Source: Candidatus Kapaibacterium sp. (GTDB lineage Bacteria > Bacteroidota > Ignavibacteria > Kapaibacteriales > WFXC01). From it: DNA of 64,000 nucleotides. This document shows, one piece after another, positions 47,716 through 57,383 of this stretch. The stretch is taken from NCBI GenBank assembly GCA_015490805.1, contig WFXC01000017.1, positions 1,073 to 65,072 on the forward strand, given 5' to 3'. A model generated the notes under the pieces. The model worked only from the letters and a program-made list of their open reading frames with translations. It had not been told where the DNA came from and ran no database searches. The stretch's first letter is position 1, and the number at the start of each line of letters is the position of its first letter. The translations under genes and the position numbers were made by a program.

Positions 47716-48501
47716 ATGGCAGGTGAATATTCCGTGCAGTATGCCCTAATTGATCTTGGCAATACGACAGCGAAAATCTGGTATCCGCCTGACCATACCA
47801 TAGCCATTACCTACACAGAACAATGGGCAGCAGCAGTATGTGCTCATCTAACGCGATTGTCTCCCTCTCTGATTGCCCTCGCCTCTGTTGTTCCACACCA
47901 TACGATCGAACTGGAGCGGCAATGCCAGCAACACTCACTGCCGTTGCTGATTCTTTCGCCAGCAATGGTGGCAACGCATTCACCACTCCGTTGGTCGAAA
48001 GTATCCGGTATGGGAATTGATCGGATGCTCCAGCTGATAGGAGCGGTGACGCTGAGTGGCGCTCCTGCCATTGCCGTTGGCGCTGGCACAGCGATCACAT
48101 TGACAGCAGCCGATGCAGATTTCCAGTGCATTGGAGGCGCGATCCTGCCCGGAATCCATCTCCAACTGGAATGTCTGCACCACCGCACGGCTCAACTACC
48201 CGGCGTCTCCGCTCAGATTCCCCCAACTCCCTATGGTGCCAATCCCACCACTGCCATTCAAGCAGGCGTTCTTTATGGCATTGCCGGCGCTCTCAGGCAC
48301 TTGATCGGAGAACTACAACGCCTGATCGCTTCTCCCGATGTCCCAGCGCCAGTCTATCTGACCGGCGGTGATGCCCCTTTGCTTCAGCAACTGCTCCCGG
48401 ATATGCCCTGGAAGCACTCGCCGAATCTCCTTTTTATCGGTATCCACACCCTCCTCCAGCGAATGGGGAAACTACCGGCAACAACGCCACCGCCCCCATA
48501 A
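47716..48501 (+). CDS. coaX: type III pantothenate kinase
   Basis: The N-terminal ASKHA motif is LIDLGNTTAKIW. GIDR and the C-terminal TGGDA follow. Length is 261 aa. Confidence 0.85.
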   Translation: MAGEYSVQYALIDLGNTTAKIWYPPDHTIAITYTEQWAAAVCAHLTRLSPSLIALASVVPHHTIELERQCQQHSLPLLILSPAMVATHSPLRWSKVSGMGIDRMLQLIGAVTLSGAPAIAVGAGTAITLTAADADFQCIGGAILPGIHLQLECLHHRTAQLPGVSAQIPPTPYGANPTTAIQAGVLYGIAGALRHLIGELQRLIASPDVPAPVYLTGGDAPLLQQLLPDMPWKHSPNLLFIGIHTLLQRMGKLPATTPPPP

Positions 48502-48588
48502 CACGCAATACCCCGGCTTGCTCTGTGGAATTACGCCAAACCATCTGCAGGAGCGATGTGATTCCGCTTTCTGTTCTTCTACTATTGC

Positions 48589-49899
48589 CTATCGAATCAG
48601 CGGAATTATTCCAGAGAACTCCTGTGCCCCAATCTGGAGCCGGTATCCGTACACACCGGATGGTAGCGTGCTAATCGGAATGGTAAAATGATAACGTCCC
48701 TGAAAATGTTCCTGCGCGCTGAACTGCCGAACTTTTTGTCCCTGGAGATTATAAAGCTGCAAACGGATCGACGCCGGTTTCTCAATTTCAACCGTGAGCA
48801 TCAGTGCCTGAAAGCGAGGGTTTACCGAAACGGCAGTCTGACAGGATCCCGATTGTTTTTCTGCTACGTCGGTAATAATAACTCCTCCCTCTCGATACAC
48901 GGCTAACCCGCTGCGGGTTGCAATCCATTTATTATCCCACCGATCGACAAACACATCACTGATGTCATTGGTTGGGAGGGGCGAATTTTCCGCAGTATAA
49001 ATGGTCCACTGATTCCCATCGAATTTCGCCAGCCCTTTCGGCGTACCAATCCACGCATTCCCCTGATGATCGAAAGCGATCGCTGCCACATTATTATCCG
49101 GCAATCCGGAATTCCCGATATTATACGCTGTCCACGTACTTCCATCAAACTTTGCCGCACCCCTGAGTTCAGTACCAAACCACACCGCTCCCTGCGGATC
49201 AACGGCTACAACCCTGACCATATAATTGTCCGGGATACCCGAATTTCCGGTGTTGTACACCGTCCAGGTGCTTCCGTCAAATTCCACTGCTCCGGAAAAC
49301 CGCGTTCCCGCCCAAATGTGATTCCGAGGATCAACAGCAATATCGTTCACGTCGTTTTCTGGTAACGCTGAGTTGCCTTTATGGTAAACGGTCCAATTGA
49401 CACCATCAAATCGGGCAATGCCGACGCCCCATCCGCCAAGCCAGATTTTGCCCAGAGAATCAATAGCAATTGTTGCGATCCAGTTGTTCAACAATGGCGC
49501 ATTGTCTTTGTTGTACACCGTCCAGTGAAGCCCATCAAATCGGGCAACCCCGCCTGACCACGTTCCGAACCATTTGTGACCTGATCGGTCAACAACCACG
49601 GAAAGAACTGCATTGTCAGGCAACCCGGAGTTTCCCTGAGTATACCAGATCCACTGCGTTCCATTGAACAAGCCGACACCGCCCATACTTGCAACCCAGA
49701 CCTCATCAGTAGGTGCAACGACAACACTACTGAGCGCTTCGTTCTGAAAGCCCTGATCACCCTGCTTCCATACGATCCATTCGGGCGACTGCGCCTGCAA
49801 GACAATGCTCCATATCCCGGTAATTCCGGCAACAAAATACCAGAAAAGTCGAAGCGCAAAAGCAGAAAAGCAAGCCGTTGTTAACTTTACGCCCGTCAT
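48589..49899 (-). CDS. two-component-regulator-propeller-type repeat protein with T9SS C-terminal sorting domain
   Basis: There are eight or more repeats of the form FDG..WT.Y...NS.LP.N.V..I..D..G..W.GT. The T9SS tail is IRLQLYNLQGQKVRQF...LPSGVYGYRLQIGAQEFSGIIPLIR. ATG 49899 has AGGAG 7 nt upstream; the track start 49926 is TTG. Confidence 0.8.
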   Translation of the reverse strand: MTGVKLTTACFSAFALRLFWYFVAGITGIWSIVLQAQSPEWIVWKQGDQGFQNEALSSVVVAPTDEVWVASMGGVGLFNGTQWIWYTQGNSGLPDNAVLSVVVDRSGHKWFGTWSGGVARFDGLHWTVYNKDNAPLLNNWIATIAIDSLGKIWLGGWGVGIARFDGVNWTVYHKGNSALPENDVNDIAVDPRNHIWAGTRFSGAVEFDGSTWTVYNTGNSGIPDNYMVRVVAVDPQGAVWFGTELRGAAKFDGSTWTAYNIGNSGLPDNNVAAIAFDHQGNAWIGTPKGLAKFDGNQWTIYTAENSPLPTNDISDVFVDRWDNKWIATRSGLAVYREGGVIITDVAEKQSGSCQTAVSVNPRFQALMLTVEIEKPASIRLQLYNLQGQKVRQFSAQEHFQGRYHFTIPISTLPSGVYGYRLQIGAQEFSGIIPLIR

Positions 49900-50228
49900 C
49901 GCTCTACTCCTTTTGCTATTGTACAATTTCCCCGATGATTCATCGGGTTTCAGTGTTTAAGACGAATTTCTCCTAAACTTACATCAACAACAATTCCATT
50001 CACACTGTTACCGAAATCCGCTTCTGTTTCGACTTTCTATATTCAAGGTGCTCGGTACCTTGCCTATGTTTTCTGCTGGCGCTTTTCCTCCTAATCCTGC
50101 ACTTTAAATCTCAGTAGCTCAATTCTTAGCTGCCAGGCACGTTGGGTTATTCACTTGCAATCTTCCTCCTGTTGTTCCGTTAATGCGCTTTCTATTTGTG
50201 AAGGAACAAACTTCAAAGCAGGAGAAAA

Positions 50229-50546
50229 GTGCGAATAATTGCAGCTATACTACTATCGCTGATTTTTTTCGAGGTAGCTCTACCGTGTACCGATACCCTT
50301 CACGGAACAAACCACGTAATGAGTTTCCAACAAACCGATACTTCAACAAATGACTTATGGAACTTAGAAACCTGCTCTCCATTCTGCGACTGCCAGTGTT
50401 GCAGTATCGCCATCGCTTCTGTCCAATGCTTTACTGCTGATTTTGCAGTCAGATCCTGCGCTATGTTATCTTGTTTTCCTACAGCGCCCACTTTTACATT
50501 CAATTTCCCGTGGTGGCATCCTCCTCGACTCTGTCCTCTCACGTAA
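50229..50546 (+). CDS. small Cys-rich exported protein, DUF6660-like (metal-efflux-associated)
   Basis: GTG 50229 has AGGAG 4 nt upstream. The signal-like N-terminus is MRIIAAILLSLIFFEVALPC. The Cys cluster CSPFCDCQCCS and the C-terminal ..FPWWHPPRL match my recollection of the DUF6660 family found upstream of czcA genes in Bacteroidota. Confidence 0.6.
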   Translation: MRIIAAILLSLIFFEVALPCTDTLHGTNHVMSFQQTDTSTNDLWNLETCSPFCDCQCCSIAIASVQCFTADFAVRSCAMLSCFPTAPTFTFNFPWWHPPRLCPLT

Positions 50547-50629
50547 ACTTTTCTCCACATCTGATTTACGTGTCCGACCTACGGGCACATTGTTTTTCCT
50601 TTTTTGTTTCACAAGTGAGAGGACAAACA

Positions 50630-53600
50630 ATGATCGACCGGATCATTGGATTTTCGGTACGGAATAAATTTGTTATCAGCATCTTTGTACTGGGCATTAT
50701 CGTATGGGGCATTGAGTCTGCTTCGCGACTTCCCCTCGATGCGGTCCCGGACATTACCAATAATCAGGTGCAGATTATCACTCGTGCACCAGTTTTAGCA
50801 CCACCCGAAATTGAGCAATACATCACCTTCCCCATAGAAATAGCAATGGCGAACTTGCCGGGGGTGATCGAAATTCGATCGATCTCACGGTTTGGGCTCT
50901 CTGTCATCACCGTTGTCTTTGAAGATGATATGGACACTTACCTGGCTCGACAGTTGGTGATGGAACAATTACAAACGGTGCAGGAAGAGATTCCACAAAA
51001 TTTCGGCAATCCTGAAATGGCGCCGATCTCGACCGGATTGGGAGAAATTTACCAATACCTCTTGCGACCGGCTCCGGGATATGATACCGTTTATTCCCTG
51101 ATGGATCTTCGAACGATTAACGACTGGATCGTTCGGCGAAATCTGGCTGGCATTCCCGGTGTCATCGAAATCAATGGCTGGGGCGGTTATCTAAAACAAT
51201 ATGAAGTTGCGGTCAATCCCCAGCGCATGCTCAGCCTGGGTGTTACCCTGCCAGAAGTTTTTGAAGCACTGGAGCAGAACAATGCCAATACCGGTGGAAG
51301 CTACATTGAAAAACACCACAATATGTACTTTATCCGTGGCTTGGGAACGGTCACGACGCTATCTGACATCGAAAACATCGTTATCACCAAGCGCAACGGT
51401 GTTCCTATTCTCATCCGCGACATTGGAGAAGTCCGGTATGGGTATGCACCCCGCTACGGTGCTGTGACTTACAATGGAAAGGGCGAGATTGTTATTGGCA
51501 TCGTGATGATGCTCAAAGGAGAAAATTCGAACCTGGTCACCCGGCGGGTGCAAGAACGCATTGAGCAAATCAAAAAAATGCTGCCAGAAGGCGTTATCTT
51601 GGAACCTTTTCTGGACCGTTCAGAATTGGTAGCACGCACCGTTCGAACGGTCATTACCAATCTTACTGAAGGTGCTCTCATCGTCATTGCTGTGTTGCTC
51701 CTGTTAGTGGGAAATGTCCGTGCTGGCTTAATTGTCGCTTCCGTCATTCCTCTTTCAATGCTGTTTGCCCTGGGAATGATGCGAGTCTTTGGCGTTTCGG
51801 CAAACCTAATGTCTCTGGGCGCTATCGACTTTGGGTTGATCGTTGATGGCGCCGTCATCATTGTAGAATACATCCTGCTGGTCCTAACGCAGAAAGCTCA
51901 TTTGTCCCTGTCCCGGCAAGAGCTTGACCAACTGGTGCATCAATCTGCCTATCGAATCTACCGATCTGCTTTCTTTGGCGTACTCATTATCCTGATTGTG
52001 TACCTGCCGGTGTGGTCGCTGGTCGGAATAGAAGGGAAAATGTTTCGCCCAATGGCGCAAACGGTGAGTTTCGCCTTGCTGGGTGCGCTGCTTTTATCAC
52101 TAACCTACGTACCTATGATTTCTGCAGCAGCATTGCGTGTCCGTCCACGATCAAAACCCACCATTGCTGATCGTATTATGGGATTCCTTCGTCGCCTGTA
52201 TCTTCCAACATTGAAATTTGCCCTCCGCCACCGCCTTACTGTTCTGCTGATTGCTACTACGTTGTTCGGTATTAGCCTCTTCCTCTTTCTCCGAATGGGC
52301 GGAGAATTTATCCCAACTCTTGAAGAAGGTGATCTTGCAATGCAAATGGTTCTTCCACCTGGAACCGCTCTTTCGGAAACAATCGAAACCTCTCTACGGG
52401 TTCAGCAACTGCTTTTGGAGCATTTCCCCGAGATTGAATACATTGTTGCCAAAATTGGAACAGCCGAAATTGCCACTGATCCGATGCCCTTAGAAGTTGC
52501 TGATATGATTCTCAATATGAAACCGAAAGAAGAGTGGGTATCGGCGCAAAGCCGCACAGAGCTTTTTGACAAAATGGAAGAACTGCTAACAACGCACATC
52601 CCCGGCGCCAGTTTCGATTTCAGCCAGCCCATTCAACTCCGATTTAACGAGCTCATGACCGGGATCCGACAGGATATCGCAGTAAAAATCTATGGAGAGG
52701 ACTTAGACACCCTGGTATCCTTAGCTAACCGCATCGCAGCTATCATTCAGCAAGTCCCCGGAGCTGCTGACATCCGCGTCGATCAAATGCTGGGATTACC
52801 GCAGATCACGGTGCAATATAACCGTGAACGCCTGGCACGCTATGGCATCTCTATCGACAAACTCAACCGCTTAGTCCAAACCGCCTTTGCCGGAACAACG
52901 GCTGGTGTTGTCTTTGAAAATGAACGGCGATTTGACTTAGTCGTTCGCCTGGCTCCTGAGTATCGGCGCGATATTCAAGATGTACGGAATCTGGTTGTCC
53001 CCCTTCCTAATGGTTCGACGGTTCCTTTATCAGAATTAGCCACTATCGAATACCAGAGCGGACCAATGCAGATCCGGCGCGACGCTGCAAAGCGATACAT
53101 AGCTATTGGTGTCAATGCCCGCGGTAGAGATATTGAATCCCTGGTTGAAGAAATTCAGCAACAAATTGAACAAAAGATTTCTCTTCCCGCTGGATACTCG
53201 GTTACTTTCGGTGGCCAGTTTGAAAATCTCCGTGCCGCACGAGCCCGATTGGCAATTGCTGTTCCTGTAGCACTGGGTCTCATCTTTGTTCTGCTGTACT
53301 TTACCTTCCACTCGGTGAAATTAGCTGTTATGATTTATACAGCTATTCCCTTAGCAGCAATTGGTGGTGTGTTTTCACTGTTACTGCGGGGTATGCCTTT
53401 TAGCATCTCCGCTGGCGTTGGCTTTATCGCTCTGTTCGGGATCGCCGTTCTCAACGGTATTGTGCTCATTGCCCAATTTCTCCGATTAAAGGAAGAGGGT
53501 ATCACTGACCTCCAGGAACAAATCATACGCGGGGCATTATCTCGGCTTCGTCCCGTTCTTTTGACCGCTTCGGTCGCCGCTCTGGGATTTCTGCCAATGG

Positions 53601-54970
53601 CAACTTCAACTTCTGCTGGTGCAGAAGTACAGCGTCCTCTGGCTACTGTTGTCATCGGGGGATTAATCACTTCCACCCTTCTCACCCTCGTTGTGCTGCC
53701 AGTACTTTATAGCCTCTTTGCCGAATTTCGTTTCTCAAATTTCTGGAAGCGAATGCGGCATACTGGAAGCACTGCCATCTTACTCACTGGAGCAGTCACT
53801 GCCGCTCTGACCGCAAACACTGGCAATGCGCAACCACCACAGATTCGAAACATCACCCTGGACCAGGCATTGCGCATCGCCGAACAACACCATCCCGACC
53901 TCCAGATTGCTACCCTCCAGATGGAACAGCGACGTTCTCTGCTTCCCTCTGCGTTCACTCTCCCGCCGCTGGAGTTCGACTATTATCGGGTAGGACAGGC
54001 TGGAACGATCTTAGAGTCCGAGTGGAGTCTTCGGCAAACTTTTCCATTCCCGCTGGCGTACAATAGCCAGTATGCAGTTCTACGCTCCAAACTGCAATGG
54101 CAGGAAATAGCAGCGCAACTGCGGCGCATTGAACTTCGCAAAGCCGTCCGCTCTGCCTATGTAGAATTCACCTTTGCTTCGGATCGCCTCCGCCTGCTCC
54201 AGCGTCTGGAAAAGCTGGGAGAGGCTTTCCTAGAAGCGGCGCAAAAACGATATCAACAAGGGGATACGCCACTGTTGGAACTGCTTTCTGCACAGAGCAC
54301 AGTGCTGTTTTTCCAGCAGGAACGGCAATCGGCACAGGTTGCGCTCTATCAAGCGCACCGAAAACTTCAACAGTGGCTTTATACTACCGATTCTCTGGTC
54401 ACCTCTGACTCTTTGTTCCGACTTCCCACTATCCCACTGGACACCACAGCGTGGCGACTGCATCCGCAACTGCGCTTAGCAGCTCAGCAGATCCGCGTAG
54501 CAGAAGCACAAAAATCCTTAGCAATGACCAATTACTACCCTGACCTCTCCATCGGCTACTTAGACCGAACAGCAGACGGCATCCCGGGATACAGAGGCAT
54601 CGAGCTGGGTTTGAGCATCCCCTTATGGTTCTGGTCCTCCGCCAGTGCCGTTGCCAGCTCCTCGATCGCCATCGATATCGGGCGACAGGAATATTACAAA
54701 CAACAATTCCAGCTTTACACCCAATTCCAATCAGCCTGGCTGACTTTTCAGCAGCGCAAACAACAACTGGACAGCTACGAGCAACAAGGATTAACCATAG
54801 CCCAAAAGCTCATCCGCACGGCGGAACGCAGCTACCAGCGTGGGGAAATTGACTATCTCCAGTATCTTCAGCTGCTCTTTCAGGCACTTCGATTGCAAGA
54901 GCAGTACTTAAACCTTCTCCGACAGTACAACCTTTCTGCTATCGAACTCCTTTTTGTTTTAGGACAGTAA
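50630..54970 (+). CDS. czcA: CzcA/CusA-family heavy-metal RND transporter fused in frame to a TolC-like outer membrane factor
   Basis: ATG 50630 has GAGGA upstream. Residues 1-1041 are a complete CzcA-type pump (MIDRIIGFSVRNKF..., DAVPDITNNQVQI, 12-TM layout). From in-frame ATG 53753 the sequence MRHTGSTAILLTGAVTAALTANTGNAQ..ITLDQALRIAEQHHPDLQ.. continues as a TolC/CzcC-like protein of about 405 aa. There is no stop codon at the junction. Confidence 0.85.
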   Translation: MIDRIIGFSVRNKFVISIFVLGIIVWGIESASRLPLDAVPDITNNQVQIITRAPVLAPPEIEQYITFPIEIAMANLPGVIEIRSISRFGLSVITVVFEDDMDTYLARQLVMEQLQTVQEEIPQNFGNPEMAPISTGLGEIYQYLLRPAPGYDTVYSLMDLRTINDWIVRRNLAGIPGVIEINGWGGYLKQYEVAVNPQRMLSLGVTLPEVFEALEQNNANTGGSYIEKHHNMYFIRGLGTVTTLSDIENIVITKRNGVPILIRDIGEVRYGYAPRYGAVTYNGKGEIVIGIVMMLKGENSNLVTRRVQERIEQIKKMLPEGVILEPFLDRSELVARTVRTVITNLTEGALIVIAVLLLLVGNVRAGLIVASVIPLSMLFALGMMRVFGVSANLMSLGAIDFGLIVDGAVIIVEYILLVLTQKAHLSLSRQELDQLVHQSAYRIYRSAFFGVLIILIVYLPVWSLVGIEGKMFRPMAQTVSFALLGALLLSLTYVPMISAAALRVRPRSKPTIADRIMGFLRRLYLPTLKFALRHRLTVLLIATTLFGISLFLFLRMGGEFIPTLEEGDLAMQMVLPPGTALSETIETSLRVQQLLLEHFPEIEYIVAKIGTAEIATDPMPLEVADMILNMKPKEEWVSAQSRTELFDKMEELLTTHIPGASFDFSQPIQLRFNELMTGIRQDIAVKIYGEDLDTLVSLANRIAAIIQQVPGAADIRVDQMLGLPQITVQYNRERLARYGISIDKLNRLVQTAFAGTTAGVVFENERRFDLVVRLAPEYRRDIQDVRNLVVPLPNGSTVPLSELATIEYQSGPMQIRRDAAKRYIAIGVNARGRDIESLVEEIQQQIEQKISLPAGYSVTFGGQFENLRAARARLAIAVPVALGLIFVLLYFTFHSVKLAVMIYTAIPLAAIGGVFSLLLRGMPFSISAGVGFIALFGIAVLNGIVLIAQFLRLKEEGITDLQEQIIRGALSRLRPVLLTASVAALGFLPMATSTSAGAEVQRPLATVVIGGLITSTLLTLVVLPVLYSLFAEFRFSNFWKRMRHTGSTAILLTGAVTAALTANTGNAQPPQIRNITLDQALRIAEQHHPDLQIATLQMEQRRSLLPSAFTLPPLEFDYYRVGQAGTILESEWSLRQTFPFPLAYNSQYAVLRSKLQWQEIAAQLRRIELRKAVRSAYVEFTFASDRLRLLQRLEKLGEAFLEAAQKRYQQGDTPLLELLSAQSTVLFFQQERQSAQVALYQAHRKLQQWLYTTDSLVTSDSLFRLPTIPLDTTAWRLHPQLRLAAQQIRVAEAQKSLAMTNYYPDLSIGYLDRTADGIPGYRGIELGLSIPLWFWSSASAVASSSIAIDIGRQEYYKQQFQLYTQFQSAWLTFQQRKQQLDSYEQQGLTIAQKLIRTAERSYQRGEIDYLQYLQLLFQALRLQEQYLNLLRQYNLSAIELLFVLGQ

Positions 54971-54996
54971 TGTTTCACAAAAATAGTGGAGACGAT

Positions 54997-56265
54997 AAAA
55001 TGAAAACCCTGCAAATCCTGTTTCAACTGTTAGCAACACTGATGCTGGCTTTTCTGATTCTCACCCGATGCTCTTCCAAAAACTCAGCTCCGGAAGCAAC
55101 GGCGGAAACAGTAGCTCAGATGCACACCGAAGAAACAGGAACTACAAATTCGGAACACCAGGAACACGCTGATGAAAACAGGACCCCATCAATCATCTCA
55201 ATGCTGGAGCAACAGGCAACAACCGTCGGCATTCGCTTCGGTTCTCTGGACACAACGGTAATGGGAACAGCCATCCAGACCTATGGCTGGCTTCGTCTTC
55301 CCCCACAATACCATTCCCGCCTCAGTTCCTTTCTCAGTGGAAGCATAGAGAAAATCTTTGTCATCGAAGGAGACTTTGTTCGCAAAGGGGACACCTTAGC
55401 CTTAATTGCTTCACCAGAGCTTCTGGAACTGCAAGAAGCCTACATTCAGAGTCTTGCAGCTTACCGATTTGCGAAAGCTGAACTGGAACGACAACGCAAA
55501 CTCTATCAAGACAGCATTGCGGCTGCCAAACAACTGCAACTGGCGGAAGCAGAGTTTCAATCACAACAAAGTCGAATGCTGGCGCTGCAAAAGCGACTAC
55601 GGCTGGCAAACATTGATCCCTCGACCGTGGAACACTCTACGATTGTCTCCTCCTTCCCCATCGTCGCTCCCTTCGATGGGTACGTTCGACACATCAATGT
55701 CGTACTCGGCGAATTTATCTCACCAGGAAAAGAACTTTTTGAGCTGGTCAACAATCATCACATCCACGCTGACATTTTTGTGTTTGAAAAGGACATTCCC
55801 AGGGTACGCGAAGGACAGACTGTACGATTTGCTCTGACTACCCAGCCGAATCAATGGTACACAGGACGAATCTTCTCTGTCGGCAAAGCGTTTGAAGACT
55901 CTGTGAAAGCTGTAATTGTACACGCAGAATTAACTGGCAAATACAATCGAGATCTTTTACTCCCAGGAATGTTTGTCAATGCCCACATCATTACTGCTGC
56001 CCACCGGGTTACCGCCCTGCCCGAATCCGCCATTGTGGAAATCGAGGGGAAACCTCATATTTTCATCTTCGCCGGCAAAAGCGATCACCCTGATGGGATC
56101 ATCTGGCAATTCCGTCCTGTTCCGGTGCAGGTGGGAGAACGCGATCGTGGATTCGTTGCTGTTTCTCCCTTAGAACCAATTCCTGACAACGCACCGATTG
56201 TGGTTGACGGAGCATACTACATTTACGCCCAAACTCAAAATCTGGAAGCAGAGCACGCTCACTAA
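54997..56265 (+). CDS. efflux RND periplasmic adaptor subunit (CzcB/HlyD family)
   Basis: The protein has a signal or lipoprotein-like N-terminus (MKTLQILFQLLATLMLAFLILTRCSS). A His-rich stretch (EHQEHADE), a lipoyl-like and coiled-coil hairpin, and a beta-barrel region follow. ATG 54997 has GGAG 8 nt upstream. The track start 54970 overlaps the upstream stop as TAATG. Confidence 0.85.
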   Translation, partial: KMKTLQILFQLLATLMLAFLILTRCSSKNSAPEATAETVAQMHTEETGTTNSEHQEHADENRTPSIISMLEQQATTVGIRFGSLDTTVMGTAIQTYGWLRLPPQYHSRLSSFLSGSIEKIFVIEGDFVRKGDTLALIASPELLELQEAYIQSLAAYRFAKAELERQRKLYQDSIAAAKQLQLAEAEFQSQQSRMLALQKRLRLANIDPSTVEHSTIVSSFPIVAPFDGYVRHINVVLGEFISPGKELFELVNNHHIHADIFVFEKDIPRVREGQTVRFALTTQPNQWYTGRIFSVGKAFEDSVKAVIVHAELTGKYNRDLLLPGMFVNAHIITAAHRVTALPESAIVEIEGKPHIFIFAGKSDHPDGIIWQFRPVPVQVGERDRGFVAVSPLEPIPDNAPIVVDGAYYIYAQTQNLEAEHAH

Positions 56266-56317
56266 TCCATTTTTTAGCTCAAAGCTTCAAGTACAAAATC
56301 ACGATTCTTCTGCAGCG

Positions 56318-56356
56318 CAGCAAAGGGCGGGGGTTCCCCTCCCGCGCCCTTTGCTG
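56318..56356 (+). terminator. strong hairpin after the czc adaptor gene
   Basis: The sequence cagcaaagggcg...cgccctttgctg is a 12-bp perfect stem with a nested gggg-tt-cccc. It begins 52 nt after the stop. No clear T-run follows. Confidence 0.45.
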
Positions 56357-56478
56357 TAAACTGCAACAGGGGAATACTGACCATCTGTAAGAATGTTTTG
56401 AACCTCGCAACCTTCTGCTTTGCAGACTCGTTATAGCATCCGGTTCCAGTGTAAGTTGAACAATACCCAGGAATTCCT

Positions 56479-57180
56479 ATGCGGCAGCTTCTTGTAGCAT
56501 TTTCCAGCTTGTTGCTTGCTCTCCCATTAATGGCTCAACCGATTCACGGTGGGATTGCTTACTTCTCCCTGGGAATGCCTTTTCTTCAACTGGATGATCT
56601 GAACTCCCGGCTCACGCAACACCAGATCCCTTCCTTCGATGCCCCCTTTATTACACTTGGCGGTGGTGGCGCATTTTCAGGAGAACAGCTCTTTTTCGGC
56701 GGCGAAGGGGCAGGGCTGATACAGCGGGAACAATCGTACCAGCGTGGGGATACAACTTTTCGTATGCAGTTAGATGGAGGAATGGGTGTTGGATTGATAG
56801 GCTTTAATCTCCTGCGATCACCGGTGACTATCCAGTTATTGGGTGGTATCGGAGGGAGTACGGTAACGCTCAAAATCACGGAGGAGCGAAGCGATAGTTT
56901 CGACGACATTCTGCAGCGGCCCCAACGGGAAATTACAATGACCATCGGAAGCTTCTTGTTTCAGGGAAGCGCGAACGTCTTGATTCCAATTACCAACTCC
57001 CTTTTTGTTGGTCTCCAGGGAGGTTACGTCTTCTCCGTTACCAACTCCGACTGGCAATATTCATCTCGCATTGCCATTGCCAATGGTCCGAAAGCAGGAT
57101 TTGATGGGGCTTTCGCACGACTGTTGATTGGCTTTGGCTGGTTCGGTGACGGCACCGGTGACGACGAATGCGATGATTAA
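56479..57180 (+). CDS. putative small outer-membrane beta-barrel protein with acidic C-terminal tail
   Basis: AGGA lies 6 nt before the ATG. The signal peptide is MRQLLVAFSSLLLALPLMAQP. The body consists of Gly-rich alternating-hydrophobic segments. A near-terminal aromatic signal ARLLIGFGWF is followed by GDGTGDDECDD. No family recognised. Confidence 0.45.
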   Translation: MRQLLVAFSSLLLALPLMAQPIHGGIAYFSLGMPFLQLDDLNSRLTQHQIPSFDAPFITLGGGGAFSGEQLFFGGEGAGLIQREQSYQRGDTTFRMQLDGGMGVGLIGFNLLRSPVTIQLLGGIGGSTVTLKITEERSDSFDDILQRPQREITMTIGSFLFQGSANVLIPITNSLFVGLQGGYVFSVTNSDWQYSSRIAIANGPKAGFDGAFARLLIGFGWFGDGTGDDECDD

Positions 57181-57225
57181 TCCTCCCTTTTCCCAAAAGA
57201 AGTACCGATCTATCAAAAAATTACC

Positions 57226-57256
57226 GGCATAGCCTCTCGATCACGGAGGCTATGCC
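57226..57256. terminator. bidirectional terminator candidate between convergent genes
   Basis: The sequence ggcatagcctc-tcgatcacg-gaggctatgcc is an 11-bp perfect stem. It is flanked by aaaaaatta upstream and ttctgatcctttgctttt downstream. Confidence 0.55.
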
Positions 57257-57383
57257 TTCTGATCCTTTGCTTTTGTATCGTTCTTCCTACTGCGGTAGCC
57301 TGTCTGCCTTTAAATGGCAACTGAGCTTGTTTCTCTTTATCACCCTTCGGGATATATCAGCTTCCTGATCCACAAAGCGTTTT

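Noticed and set aside
49927-50228. A possible metal-sensing riboswitch (czcD/NiCo-type) in the 300-bp leader of the czc locus.
   Set aside because: The region is AT-rich, and I could not build any conserved GC-rich helices or four-way junction. Only a 7-bp hairpin at 49930..49946 is present, adjacent to the divergent gene start. A covariance-model scan would be needed to exclude a riboswitch formally.
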